A stretch of DNA of 64,000 nt from Candidatus Woesearchaeota archaeon (lineage in GTDB: Archaea > Nanobdellota > Nanobdellia > Pacearchaeales > GW2011-AR1), in the NCBI GenBank assembly GCA_964514585.1, contig CAZETU010000002.1, positions 139,687 through 203,686 of the forward strand. Reading direction: 5' to 3'. A program made the translations under genes and the position numbers. Of the stretch, positions 19,251 to 29,062 are shown one piece after another. Numbering within the stretch: the first letter of the stretch is position 1; each line of letters opens with the position of its first letter. The notes under the pieces were generated by a model. It did not search any database, was not told where the DNA came from, and was given only the letters and a program-made list of their open reading frames with translations.

Positions 19251-19322
19251 AACCAGCGGAAGGATTCGAATCTTCAACCTTAGCTTTACGAAAGCTATGC
19301 TTTATTGTTGAGCCATGTTAGT
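19251..19322 (-). pseudogene. Degenerate second copy of tRNA-Thr(CGT)
   Basis: 19251-19295 matches 18481-18525 with 2 mismatches in 45 nt; D-arm and 5' acceptor strand decayed. Confidence 0.75.
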
Positions 19323-19327
19323 ATAAT

Positions 19328-19426
19328 GTAGGACCCGGTTGCAGAGGAAGGAGAAATGCGCTTGGGGCAGCTGTCTCCATTGCGCCCTTGCAATGCTGCT
19401 CTCATGTGAGGAGAGCCGGGTCCTAC
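19328..19426. ncRNA. Putative four-way-junction structured RNA
   Basis: 11-bp closing stem gtaggacccgg/ccgggtcctac enclosing three hairpins. Confidence 0.5.
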
Positions 19427-19668
19427 GTCTTGCGGAGAGCTAGATTGCGAAGGCTAGGATTGTGGCGAAACTCGCAAGGACTATTGTGACTACGAGTTTT
19501 AGGTTTTGTTCGCCTTCTTCTTCTGGTGGATTGAGACGTTCTACTTGATATCTTTCCATCTTGTTGTTCTTCTGTTTGGGTTGTTGACGGTGCATTGTGA
19601 CCTACCATCATATAGAATCAATGGTAGGCGGACGGCGAACCGTCTAGTTTGTGGGGTGTGTCGTTAGG

Positions 19669-21576
19669 TTAGTTGTTTTGCTCTTGGAGGAGTTGTTTGA
19701 GTTTTTCTGGATCAATTCTTGAAGGATCCACTCCTCTGAGCATCGTTTCGACGTCTTGGACTTTTTGCACGCGATCGACTTCTTCGTCGGTGATGGGTTT
19801 TGCTGCCTCGTAGCGTGCCTGCTCTGGGTGTTCTGCCCTTAGTTCCAGGGATATGATGTCGAAGGTTGAAACTGTGATTACCTTCTCTCTGGTTTCAGGG
19901 TATGACACCTTGACCATTTCGTCCGGTGCGATTGCAGCCACTTCTGGATTTCTGAGGGAATAGCTTGTTCTGAATATTTTGCTTATCCCTTCGAGACGGA
20001 ATCCGTAGACGGCTTGGCCGTTCGTGAGACTTAGAAGATTGACGCTCACGATCCTTCTTGTTAGGTGGAGAATCTTGGCCGGCATAGCTCCAGGGATGTG
20101 TTGATCTTGGCCGGCGGTTGCGATTTTCTGGGCGTAGTTATCTAGGGCTTCTTCTACTGTCGTCCCTTTCGCCTTTAGGGTGTTTGTAATGTCTGCTACC
20201 GAGTAGCCTATCATTTGGCTTTCTTGGCACATCGGCATGATGTAAGTCAGTCGTCCGTGTATATTGTACGGAACGAATAAAGCTGGGAGTACTCCCGGAG
20301 ACTCTGGCCACAAGGCGTTGCCGGCTTGGTAGATTTCGTTTTCGGTTACACCTTGAGTACTGTAGAAGGTTGTTTCTCCTGTGCATGTGTCGCTGACGAT
20401 GAATCCGGTGAGCGCTAGATCGGACTCCATGCTTGTGAAGCCGCTGTACCATTTGGTTCGTTGGCTTTTGTGGTCGTAGACCATATACCAACCTTTGGTT
20501 GGCTGCTGGGATTTGTCGCTTTGCCATATGGTATACATCCAATCGGCGTTTCGGTACCAGCCCCATTTCTTGATGTTGGATTCGAGTACATCTATTGGCA
20601 TTGCCCGATCGACCCATTTCGGAAGCTCATCGATTGAGTGATGTTCATGTTCGCCGGTTACCAAGTTGAAGGCTACGATACCTGTGACTTGGCGGGCACT
20701 CCAGCCGTGCTTTCTCTCTATCGTTGAGACGGTGTAGTAAGGGTTCCAGTTGTCGTCTACTTCGAAGGTCCAGTCTTCTAGTATAGTGAAGCGGTAACCT
20801 TCAGCGCGTAATTTGCGCTTTGCTTTATATCCCCAGCAGGCGCTATTGACGTACTTGATATGGATTTCCTCGCCCTGGGCATTATGCTGTACGGCCTGTC
20901 CTTCTTTGTAGGGATCTTCGGCCGAGACTCTGAGGAAGCCTGGAACTTGTGGGTCTCTACGCCATGTTTTCCATCCTTGGAATTCTACGGGGTAGATATA
21001 CCAAAGATGTTGATTAACGAACTGGATGGTGGGTTCTTCCCCGATTTCGTATCTTGAGCCTGGCACGACATTGTTCGGCATCTTGAACTTGCTAAGGGCC
21101 GTTTGTGCCGCTTTGAATGCTCTTTCCGGGGGCACTTGCAGGATGTGAGCGTTGTCGGAGGGGGTAATGACTTCTGCGAGGTTGCCTTCTATGACTTTGA
21201 CTTCGCCGATTAGCCCCGCTTTTTGCTTGGCATTTGTGGCATCCCATGTTCCGGTGATTACAATCCATAATCCCCAGACGAGCAAGAGGATGATGCCGAG
21301 TGCACCACCTGCGCATCCCGCCGTATCTTCATGGTTTGTCAATGTCCCTATAAACCCGCCGATTATGCATCCGATGACAACTGACCAGAAGACGGGGGTA
21401 GGGCCATAGAAGCCGATTGCTCCGAAGTAATAGACGCAGGACAGTATCAACCCATAAATGGCTCCGCCCAAAACTCCTGCGATAATGGTTTTGCCGAATT
21501 CCTTTTTCGAGCATACTGCTCCGAAGACGGCGGTTGTTGTGACTGTCGCGATACCGACGATCAATGCGATCCACAT
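19669..21576 (-). CDS. Membrane-anchored protein resembling a conserved bacterial hypothetical family
   Basis: N-terminal TM bundle; motifs PGFLRVSAEDP, FEVDDNWNPYY and GE...LPKWVDR recalled from a bacterial family of unknown function. Confidence 0.7.
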   Translation of the reverse strand: MWIALIVGIATVTTTAVFGAVCSKKEFGKTIIAGVLGGAIYGLILSCVYYFGAIGFYGPTPVFWSVVIGCIIGGFIGTLTNHEDTAGCAGGALGIILLLVWGLWIVITGTWDATNAKQKAGLIGEVKVIEGNLAEVITPSDNAHILQVPPERAFKAAQTALSKFKMPNNVVPGSRYEIGEEPTIQFVNQHLWYIYPVEFQGWKTWRRDPQVPGFLRVSAEDPYKEGQAVQHNAQGEEIHIKYVNSACWGYKAKRKLRAEGYRFTILEDWTFEVDDNWNPYYTVSTIERKHGWSARQVTGIVAFNLVTGEHEHHSIDELPKWVDRAMPIDVLESNIKKWGWYRNADWMYTIWQSDKSQQPTKGWYMVYDHKSQRTKWYSGFTSMESDLALTGFIVSDTCTGETTFYSTQGVTENEIYQAGNALWPESPGVLPALFVPYNIHGRLTYIMPMCQESQMIGYSVADITNTLKAKGTTVEEALDNYAQKIATAGQDQHIPGAMPAKILHLTRRIVSVNLLSLTNGQAVYGFRLEGISKIFRTSYSLRNPEVAAIAPDEMVKVSYPETREKVITVSTFDIISLELRAEHPEQARYEAAKPITDEEVDRVQKVQDVETMLRGVDPSRIDPEKLKQLLQEQNN

Positions 21577-21655
21577 AATTCTACCTCTCTTTCTTGGAAG
21601 TGTGTGTTTTAGTTAGGACGATTGGTGTTATGTCGTTAGTTTGTGGGGGGTGGTG

Positions 21656-21838
21656 CTAAGGCGTCTTCTTTTCGGTGAGAACATGTCTTTTCATAATCCT
21701 CTTTGTTATTGTGTTTTGCCGTTTTGCCGATCCTTTATGCTTGGCTGTGATCAATGCACCAAAAATGCCTGCTGCCATTGCACTTTTTGGTATCAGCCCT
21801 TTTGCTTCTGAGCACCATACGGGGATTTTGTTGCTCAT
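21656..21838 (-). CDS. Small basic hypothetical protein
   Basis: SD aaggag; 60 aa. Confidence 0.5.
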   Translation of the reverse strand: MSNKIPVWCSEAKGLIPKSAMAAGIFGALITAKHKGSAKRQNTITKRIMKRHVLTEKKTP

Positions 21839-22062
21839 GCCTGTTCTCCTTTACCAAAGAAGTATTGTGATGATGACTGGGAACGTGTGATAAGCTCTCC
21901 AGTTTTCTGCGACCTGTAGACAGAAAATCTGGATTACCCACTTATTGGGTTCTTTCTTCATGCTTGTTTCTCCTCATAGGCTATTCCGTGTTTTATCGTC
22001 GACGAAATACCGTAAATCTGGGGTATTTCGATTGATTTCGCGTTTGCGAAGCTAAGAATTCT

Positions 22063-22117
22063 TCTTTGAAAAATACCTTATTTCACGAAATTTTTGGTTT
22101 TTCCGTGAGGTATTTTC
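22063..22117 (-). promoter_or_regulatory. Conserved island-upstream hairpin element, copy 1
   Basis: tctttgaaaaataccttatttcacgaaattttt...gtgaggtattttc; stem aaatacct/aggtattt; homologous to 57060 and 60396. Confidence 0.65.
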
Positions 22118-22228
22118 ATGTTTTTCTTCCACGTTTTTGTTTGTATCTTGTATATCTAGAATTCAGGCATGAGGCTTGAATTGTTATGTAGTTATTTGTG
22201 GAAGAGGTAATGTATTTGTAAATATAAT

Positions 22229-24109
22229 TTATGATAGGCGGATTAGTTTTTTCCAGCCTTTTTCGTATTTAATCTCTTCAATTTTAATCAATCCTTTTTC
22301 TTCTAATTGTTTTTTTACGTTTGTTCCTTTTCTTGCAGAGAGTCCGATTTGTCGGTATACTTCCACTGTGCTCAAGGAGTGATTAGGTTTTTTTTGCAAG
22401 AATTCCATGAAGACTTGCTCGTCTGCATTCAGACTAATATTATTATGCGAATTTGACTTTTTAAGTGTTACTACTGGGGGGTTTCTAAAACTATCGATTG
22501 CGAGTTTTACATCTTCACTTTTGTAGTTTCCTTGTTCTTTACTTTCTTCTAAAATTCTTTCGATTTCTTGCAATTCTACTCCTGCTTCAATGTATCCTTT
22601 TACAAAATCGTGGAGAGTTTGTTGGACGTGATCTAAGGGAGTTTCTTTTGGTTTTTCTTGGATAGTTTCAACAGGTTTTGGTTTTTCAATTTGTTTATTG
22701 AATTCTGGGTCTACTTTGTTTGCGTATTCTCGGCTTGTCATCATTGCTTGCATTCGGAGTTTAATATCTTCGTCAGAAATATATATGTTTCTTGTTTCTG
22801 AATATGGGACTTCGATTAGGAATGGAGAGTTGTAACGTTCTGAGAGTTTTACGATTGCGCTTCCTACTTGGAGTTGTGAGAAGTAGTGTCGCTTTTCTCT
22901 TAGTTGCATGATGTCGCTTATGTCATTGATATCATCTGGTAATTGTTGTTGAAATGCGATGTGACATGCAGAGTTTCCTTTTACGGTGTCGGAAATTTTT
23001 GAGATATGTTGATCAAGACAGATTAGGCTTGTTCCGTATTCTCGCATTTCTCGGTAAATCATGTCGGTTACTGATTCGTTTGAAAAATTTGTTGGTTTTT
23101 TCAAGAAAATATTATGAGCTTCGTCAACTAAGATTGCGTGATCGAAACCGTGGCTTGCTTGATTTTGTCTTGCTTTTTTTAATTTGTATATGTATGTTAA
23201 AATAAATTCGCAGAAGAATTTTTTTTCTGTGTTTCCTAGGGCATTAAGTTCCATAACTACTTTTTTGTCTAGTAGTTCTTCGACGGTAAATGAGTTTTCT
23301 CCTTTGTAATTTACTGTTTTTCCGAATTCTCCGAATGTCATAACTGTTGCAATTCTTAGAGCTGATTCTAGCCAGCCAGCTTCTCGTCCTTGTCTGGCTT
23401 TATCCATTTTTTCTTCAAGCCGCCATTTGATGTGGTTCCATGTTGGGTAGTTTTCTGAGCCGTTATAGATGCCCCATTCTTTGAAGGATTCGTCTAGGGT
23501 TTCTAGGACGACTTTGTGGACACCGAATGATGCGGAGAAACTTTCTACTAATAGATCTGAAAGTACGTTGATCCATTCTTTTGGCGCGACGCCTTTTGGG
23601 GGTTGATTGATGTTTGTCTTGAATAAATTACTTACTTTTTCTTCGCCGATAGTGAATGCTAAAATATTGTTGTTCTTCGCTATTAGAGGTCTAAATGATT
23701 TTTTCCAATCAAAGATTAGGAATGATTTGTTTTGGCTACTTAGAGCTTCGATTATTTTGAATGCGAATGTTGTTTTTCCTGATCCTGACATACCTGTGAC
23801 ACAGACGTGCCGAGGCCAGTCTTGTTCTCTTAATTTGAATGGGAAAAGTTTTTTACCTGCGTAACTTATATCTGCTAAAGAATATTTTCCGTCGATTAGC
23901 TCTTCTCTTGGTGGTTCTAGTAAAACTTCGTTTCCTAATAGTTTGTTTAGATGTTTTTGGTAGAGTGCGTTAAGAATGTGAACTATTTCGTCTCTTTCTT
24001 CTCTTGAATCTGCTACGGTATACTGAAAATAAATCTCGTCTATTTTTTTCCCAAAGACAGGCCTAAGTTTGTTACATATTTCTTCTATTGTTAGTGGTCT
24101 TTGTATCAT
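22229..24109 (-). CDS. HerA/FtsK-superfamily ATPase (DUF87) with C-terminal winged-helix-like domain
   Basis: Walker A GMSGSGKT, Walker B ILVDEAH, downstream LDQH. Confidence 0.85.
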   Translation of the reverse strand: MIQRPLTIEEICNKLRPVFGKKIDEIYFQYTVADSREERDEIVHILNALYQKHLNKLLGNEVLLEPPREELIDGKYSLADISYAGKKLFPFKLREQDWPRHVCVTGMSGSGKTTFAFKIIEALSSQNKSFLIFDWKKSFRPLIAKNNNILAFTIGEEKVSNLFKTNINQPPKGVAPKEWINVLSDLLVESFSASFGVHKVVLETLDESFKEWGIYNGSENYPTWNHIKWRLEEKMDKARQGREAGWLESALRIATVMTFGEFGKTVNYKGENSFTVEELLDKKVVMELNALGNTEKKFFCEFILTYIYKLKKARQNQASHGFDHAILVDEAHNIFLKKPTNFSNESVTDMIYREMREYGTSLICLDQHISKISDTVKGNSACHIAFQQQLPDDINDISDIMQLREKRHYFSQLQVGSAIVKLSERYNSPFLIEVPYSETRNIYISDEDIKLRMQAMMTSREYANKVDPEFNKQIEKPKPVETIQEKPKETPLDHVQQTLHDFVKGYIEAGVELQEIERILEESKEQGNYKSEDVKLAIDSFRNPPVVTLKKSNSHNNISLNADEQVFMEFLQKKPNHSLSTVEVYRQIGLSARKGTNVKKQLEEKGLIKIEEIKYEKGWKKLIRLS

Positions 24110-24125
24110 TTTGTTTAGATGTAAT

Positions 24126-24539
24126 TTAATCTGTTAGAATTTTTCCAAGCATATCTGCTCTGGACGTCTTTTCGCTTAGTTCTCTGGTTTGATCTCTTAG
24201 TTCTTTTTTCAAAAGTGCGATATCTCTCCAGCATCCTACTCTTTCGTTTAGTTGGAGTTCAGAAATATCTATTTGTTTTTTTCTTAATTCAGCTCTCTCT
24301 CTTGTAAATTCAGAATCATCTTCTCCTTTTGGTGCGTTTTCTAAAAGAAAATTGTGGATTTTTGTTTTCATTTTTTCACCTTCTTTTATGAAGTTTCCAC
24401 TGAGGTTGTTTCTTTCTTTTATTAGCATCCCAATTTCTTCTACGGTCTCTTTTATAGAGTCTACCTTTGCTTTTCCGACAGAATCGAAATTATTTGACGT
24501 ATTCCAGGTATTCCCTTCAGGTATTTCGTTATCTTCCAT
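24126..24539 (-). CDS. Coiled-coil hypothetical protein, probably co-transcribed with the ATPase
   Basis: 137-aa helical ORF 17 bp upstream of the ATPase gene. Confidence 0.7.
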   Translation of the reverse strand: MEDNEIPEGNTWNTSNNFDSVGKAKVDSIKETVEEIGMLIKERNNLSGNFIKEGEKMKTKIHNFLLENAPKGEDDSEFTRERAELRKKQIDISELQLNERVGCWRDIALLKKELRDQTRELSEKTSRADMLGKILTD

Positions 24540-24603
24540 GTTTATTTTAGTGGAATATCCTTTATAAACTTTTCTATTGTTGTTACTAAGTAGTTAGGAC
24601 ACT

Positions 24604-25683
24604 TTATTGGAATACAATTATGTCTCGAGAAATGAATTGGTCTGGACGGGACTCTAGAATAGAATTTTGGGTGATTTTAAGATTTGTTTTGCTTGCTATT
24701 TTTGCTGCGTCAACGTGAAGGTTTTGGATTACTGGGAATGTGATTGCTATTTTTGCTGTTGGTTTTTTTACTTTTTTGAGTCTTATTAAAATTGGGATAA
24801 TGAATGCTTCGAAATTTAAGATTATTTGTTTTGCTTCATTTTCGCTTGGTTTTTTTCTGAGGACTTTTCCTAGCGGGGTTTCCGTTGCTATTGCGGCGAA
24901 TTGTAGGTCTGGAGCTTTTCTTGAGTCATAATTTTCTATTTTGTATTTATTTTTAATACCATAGTTGTCTTTGAGCCATTTTAGGTTTTTTTCTGCGTCG
25001 ATTGTTGCTTCTTTGTCTTTATCTATCCCGTGAGCGTTGATTTGTTTTAGGAGGGTTTCTTGAATGATTCCGCCTACGCCGCAGAAAGGGTCTAGTAGTA
25101 GATCGCGTGGTTTTGCTCCTGAGAGGTTGATTAGTATTTTTGAGAGTCTTGGGGATATTGCGAGATGTTCTCTTCTGGAGGGTTTTTGCATGTCTCGTTT
25201 TTTTACTTCTTCGTTGTTGTAATTTTGGGTTGCTGTGCCGAAGTATATTTTTTGTTTGAATTGGTGGAAGAATAGATTGAATTCTGCTTTTGGGAGTTCT
25301 TGTTTTGCGCCGTCTTGGAATTTGATTTGTTTTCGGCCGTGTTTGAGCATTCCTTTCTTTTTTTCGGATTTGAATTTATCTTTGAGGACTTGCGGGTCGA
25401 GGTTGCCGAATGTTGCGTATGAGAATTTGTCTGCTGGGATAATTTCGTTGGTGTTGAGGTATACTTCGAGTTCTTTTTGGTTTCCTTCGAATGTTATTGG
25501 ACCCAATCTCATTGTTCCGCCAAGTTCTTGAATGTCGATTTTTTCTCCTTTGTTGGTTTCTAGGATTAGAAGGTTTTCGTCGAATGCGATTTCTTTGTGG
25601 GGTCGGTTTCGGGCTACTAAGTAGGATAAGATTTCTGCTCGGGAAAGTTCTGGGTTTCTGCCTAGTACGAAAAATATTTTCAT
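24604..25683 (-). CDS. Trm11/TrmG10-like tRNA (guanine-N2) methyltransferase
   Basis: AISPRLSKILINLS, LLDPFCGVGG SAM motif, ATETPLG. Confidence 0.8.
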   Translation of the reverse strand: MKIFFVLGRNPELSRAEILSYLVARNRPHKEIAFDENLLILETNKGEKIDIQELGGTMRLGPITFEGNQKELEVYLNTNEIIPADKFSYATFGNLDPQVLKDKFKSEKKKGMLKHGRKQIKFQDGAKQELPKAEFNLFFHQFKQKIYFGTATQNYNNEEVKKRDMQKPSRREHLAISPRLSKILINLSGAKPRDLLLDPFCGVGGIIQETLLKQINAHGIDKDKEATIDAEKNLKWLKDNYGIKNKYKIENYDSRKAPDLQFAAIATETPLGKVLRKKPSENEAKQIILNFEAFIIPILIRLKKVKKPTAKIAITFPVIQNLHVDAAKIASKTNLKITQNSILESRPDQFISRDIIVFQ

Positions 25684-25721
25684 AATGTTTAGAATTGGGA
25701 GAGGTTGTTAAATGTTTTGGG

Positions 25722-26012
25722 TTAGGATATTCTTTCGAGGCTTACTCCTCTTTGTTCTATTTTTTTTCTTGCTCTTTCTATACTGTATCTTTTTGAAGCG
25801 ATAAAATAAAGAGTTCTTTTTGTTGTATGGCTGAAAGCTTCACCAGGTTGGTGTGTATGATCATGCCCTCTTTTTTCATGCATTAAAACTACAACGCCTT
25901 TATATGGGGTGTATAAAACAGAACCGTTAACTCTTCCTTGTCTTCCTGGTATGTGTATTTCTGGCAATTTACCATCGCCGCTCCCCCTTTGTTTATATTT
26001 TAATGCAAGCAT
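25722..26012 (-). CDS. Small hypothetical protein
   Basis: 96-aa ORF between housekeeping genes. Confidence 0.5.
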   Translation of the reverse strand: MLALKYKQRGSGDGKLPEIHIPGRQGRVNGSVLYTPYKGVVVLMHEKRGHDHTHQPGEAFSHTTKRTLYFIASKRYSIERARKKIEQRGVSLERIS

Positions 26013-26055
26013 GGCTTGCTAAAATTTTTTGCCCTTTATAAGAATTTACGTTCCC

Positions 26056-26586
26056 CTACTTGAATGTTTGAGTTGAAACTTTGCAAGGGAGTCGTGCTTT
26101 TGCCGATCGGATTAATTTTCTTGCTTCAATTTCGTGTTTTGGAGTTTTGACTCCCAAGATAAAAAGAGTTTGATTTGGTTTTACTAAGGCTGCTCGTCCG
26201 ACTGTTTTTCCGAAAGATCGGCTCATACCTGTTTGCATACGGTCGGCTCCTGCGCCAGTAAGCATTTTGTTTTCTCTCAAGATGTGATGTGGGTAAATTT
26301 TTACTTCAAGGTAGAATTCTTTTCCGACTTTTGTTTGAAGGAATCTATTGAAAAACTGTCTGACAGCTTCGATTGAGTTGTCTCGGACTTGACATTTTTC
26401 TTTTGAGATTACGTGGATTGAAATTGGGTATTCTTTTTTGTCGTAGCCCTTGATATCACCCATTTTGAATTTTACGATTCGTGAATTTGGGACTGTTTTG
26501 ATGTAGGATTTTGTTCGTTTTTTGGACTTACGAGTGTATGGTCTTGCGTATCTTTTTGAGTAAGCTGATCCTTTTCTTAGTGCCAT
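26056..26586 (-). CDS. rpl10e: 50S ribosomal protein uL16 (L10e)
   Basis: YPHHILRENKMLTGAGADRMQTGMSRSFGK. Confidence 0.97.
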   Translation of the reverse strand: MALRKGSAYSKRYARPYTRKSKKRTKSYIKTVPNSRIVKFKMGDIKGYDKKEYPISIHVISKEKCQVRDNSIEAVRQFFNRFLQTKVGKEFYLEVKIYPHHILRENKMLTGAGADRMQTGMSRSFGKTVGRAALVKPNQTLFILGVKTPKHEIEARKLIRSAKARLPCKVSTQTFK

Positions 26587-26587
26587 T

Positions 26588-26851
26588 TTAGTTTATTTCT
26601 ACGTCGGTGCCGATTGCTTGTCCTGGCAATCCTTTTTCGAAGATTGCTCGAACGACGCCCTTGTTCCCGTGAGCCGAAGACACCTTGCCATTTATTTTTT
26701 TAGCATCTTTTCCGTTTGAAGTCCAGACTACATTTTTTCCTACGAATTTGGAAGCATCTTCTCGAGAGTTACTTTCTTCGATTTCTATTAGGAAGTGTCT
26801 AGGGGTGTAGTTTTTTCTTCCTCGTCTGAATTGTATAACTTTTGCTTTCAT
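26588..26851 (-). CDS. rpl35ae: 50S ribosomal protein eL33 (L35Ae)
   Basis: FRRGR...GKVSSAHGNKGVVRAIFEKGLPGQAIG. Confidence 0.95.
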   Translation of the reverse strand: MKAKVIQFRRGRKNYTPRHFLIEIEESNSREDASKFVGKNVVWTSNGKDAKKINGKVSSAHGNKGVVRAIFEKGLPGQAIGTDVEIN

Positions 26852-26962
26852 TGTATTGTAAACTCAAAAAATCGACTCTCTTCAGGGTATGGTCTTCCAT
26901 AAAGATGGTTTTTAAGAGTAGTAATATTGTGGGAAATGGGTTTTTAAAGATTTGCGTTGGTT

Positions 26963-28822
26963 TTATTTGATTAATTCAAAATCACCGAAGATTTTTTTGA
27001 GAGTTTCTAGGGCCTTGAAGTCCATTTTTGTTTCTTTGTTTTTGTGAGCGACTAGCTGTTCTTGGAGTTCTTTTGGGTTTGAGGTGATTAATTTTTCTCC
27101 TGAGATTTTCTGAATTTTTGTTTCTTGAATTACAAAAGTGTTTGCTAGGAAGAATATTTCGGCGTTTGAATCTCGGCCTTTGATCGTGAACCGTGCTTTG
27201 TCGATTGAAACTAATTCGCATCTCTGGCCGTATTCTGTTATGGCTGTTGTGATTTCTGCTGCGAGTTTTCTTGCGTTGTCGACGTCTCTAGTTTGTTTTT
27301 GGCTTAGTTTGTCCTTTTTCTTTCCCTTAGCTTGCTTGACTTTTGTAATTTCTTTTTTTGTTTTTGTAATTTCTTTTAGACTAGCTAGGAATCTTGGTGG
27401 GAATATTCCTTCTTTGATGAATTCTTTGTCGAATGCTTTTATAATTGAAGTCTCTGATTTTTTCTTGAGTAAATTTCCTAGCATTTCGAACACATCTTTA
27501 TGTGTTGCTTCGATTGACTTTTCTTGGACTCGTGCTTCGATTTGAACTCTTAATTCATTGATTCTTTTCATGAAGTCAATTGCGTTATTTGAAAGCCTAT
27601 CTAGTTCTTTTCCGTCTATGTCGCCTGGTTTTAGTTTTCCATGTTCGTATTTTTTCCAGACTCCAATTATAATTTCTTCTAGAATGTCTGCGTATTTTTC
27701 TTCAACTATTTTTTCTTTTTCAACGAATATTTCTCTGAATAGTTTTACTGTTTCGTAAACGTTTGGAGGGGATTGTCCGTAAAGCATTAGAAGTCCTTGA
27801 GTTGGTGTTGAAATTCCCCAGAAAAGATCTAGTGTTGCGATGTCGAATATCCTTTTTTGAATGGTTTCTTTTAATTTGTTTCCTGAGGACATAAACATGT
27901 CAATTGCTTCTGGTGAGGGTTTGATTTTTCCCATTCGTAGGAGGGATTTCCATGGCAGAAAGGTTCCTCTGTCGTATAACGGGATTCCGTCTCGGATGAA
28001 TGTGAAGAAAACGGGGTGGGCGTCTTTTACTCCGTCCCAGAATTCTGTCATTAGCCAGATTTGAACGTTAAGTGTGTTTTTGTTTACACCGGCGATTGCT
28101 TCGGCTTCTTGAATATATGAATAGATTATTCCTCTTAGTTTTTCTCTAAGTTCGGCTCTTGGCATTCTTTTTACGTCGGTGTCGTCGATTATTATTGCTA
28201 CGTCTACATCAGAATCTTTTTTTGTTGTGCCCGTTGTCAGAGAGCCGCCCATTACATATGATGTTACGTATTTTTCGAATTTTTTTAAAACAAGGGATTT
28301 GTGAATTTGGGCAACTCGGACGTGACTTAAGATTCCTTTGTCTAGAATTGGGAAAGACATTGATAATGCTTCCATTATTTCAAATTTTGAGTCTAGACCG
28401 AGGTTCCAGATGTCGACTGGTGTCATGACGTGAACCCAAAATTTGTCGTTGATTTTTTTAGCTTCTGTTATCGCGCTTAACCTGATTTGTCCGATATTTT
28501 TGAATTGAGCTTCTGGGATAATTGCTAAGATGTGGATTAATCCTTTTTTCGCATCCTCCTCGGTGATTTCATATTCTTCTTCTATTTTTTTAGAAGCTTG
28601 TGCGGGGATTATTCCGATTGCTTCGATGAATTTATGTTTTTTTATGATTTCGTCTTTGAATTTTTCAATTTCTTTTTGGGTTTTGTCTGCTTTTTTCTTT
28701 AATGCTTCGTCTATTTGATTTGACATTGGTAGGTTGCCTAGTTTTGATTTTGGGACGTATGTTGGGGCCAAGTTTTGTTCGACCGATTTTTCTTGAGAAG
28801 CTGTTTTGTGGTTGCTTTCCAT
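26963..28822 (-). CDS. Multi-domain nucleotidyltransferase plus HEPN-like protein
   Basis: VMGGSLTTG..DSDVDVAIIIDD; shares the L.P...LL..GKI..(S/T)PE.I segment with 8903..9757. Confidence 0.8.
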   Translation of the reverse strand: MESNHKTASQEKSVEQNLAPTYVPKSKLGNLPMSNQIDEALKKKADKTQKEIEKFKDEIIKKHKFIEAIGIIPAQASKKIEEEYEITEEDAKKGLIHILAIIPEAQFKNIGQIRLSAITEAKKINDKFWVHVMTPVDIWNLGLDSKFEIMEALSMSFPILDKGILSHVRVAQIHKSLVLKKFEKYVTSYVMGGSLTTGTTKKDSDVDVAIIIDDTDVKRMPRAELREKLRGIIYSYIQEAEAIAGVNKNTLNVQIWLMTEFWDGVKDAHPVFFTFIRDGIPLYDRGTFLPWKSLLRMGKIKPSPEAIDMFMSSGNKLKETIQKRIFDIATLDLFWGISTPTQGLLMLYGQSPPNVYETVKLFREIFVEKEKIVEEKYADILEEIIIGVWKKYEHGKLKPGDIDGKELDRLSNNAIDFMKRINELRVQIEARVQEKSIEATHKDVFEMLGNLLKKKSETSIIKAFDKEFIKEGIFPPRFLASLKEITKTKKEITKVKQAKGKKKDKLSQKQTRDVDNARKLAAEITTAITEYGQRCELVSIDKARFTIKGRDSNAEIFFLANTFVIQETKIQKISGEKLITSNPKELQEQLVAHKNKETKMDFKALETLKKIFGDFELIK

Positions 28823-28991
28823 AATTGGGTTTCGTGATTTTGATATATAAATGTTGTTACTTTTGTCAGATTATAATTTGGGTTGGATTAGTAAGTTTTA
28901 AAAGTCGAGAGTTTCTTTGTTTTTTGTTCGGCTTCGTAGGCTAGAGTAACATTAGAAATGTTTCACGAATCCCACGTTGTCTTATAAATTC

Positions 28992-29062
28992 GGCCCCGTA
29001 GGCTAATGGTAGACCTTCTCGTTTACACCGAGATGGCCCAAGTTCGATTCTTGGCGGGGCCA
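28992..29062 (+). tRNA. tRNA-Val(TAC)
   Basis: ggccccg/cggggcc acceptor, tctcg-tttacac-cgaga anticodon arm, ccaag-ttcgatt-cttgg T-arm, preceded by ttataaa. Confidence 0.9.
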
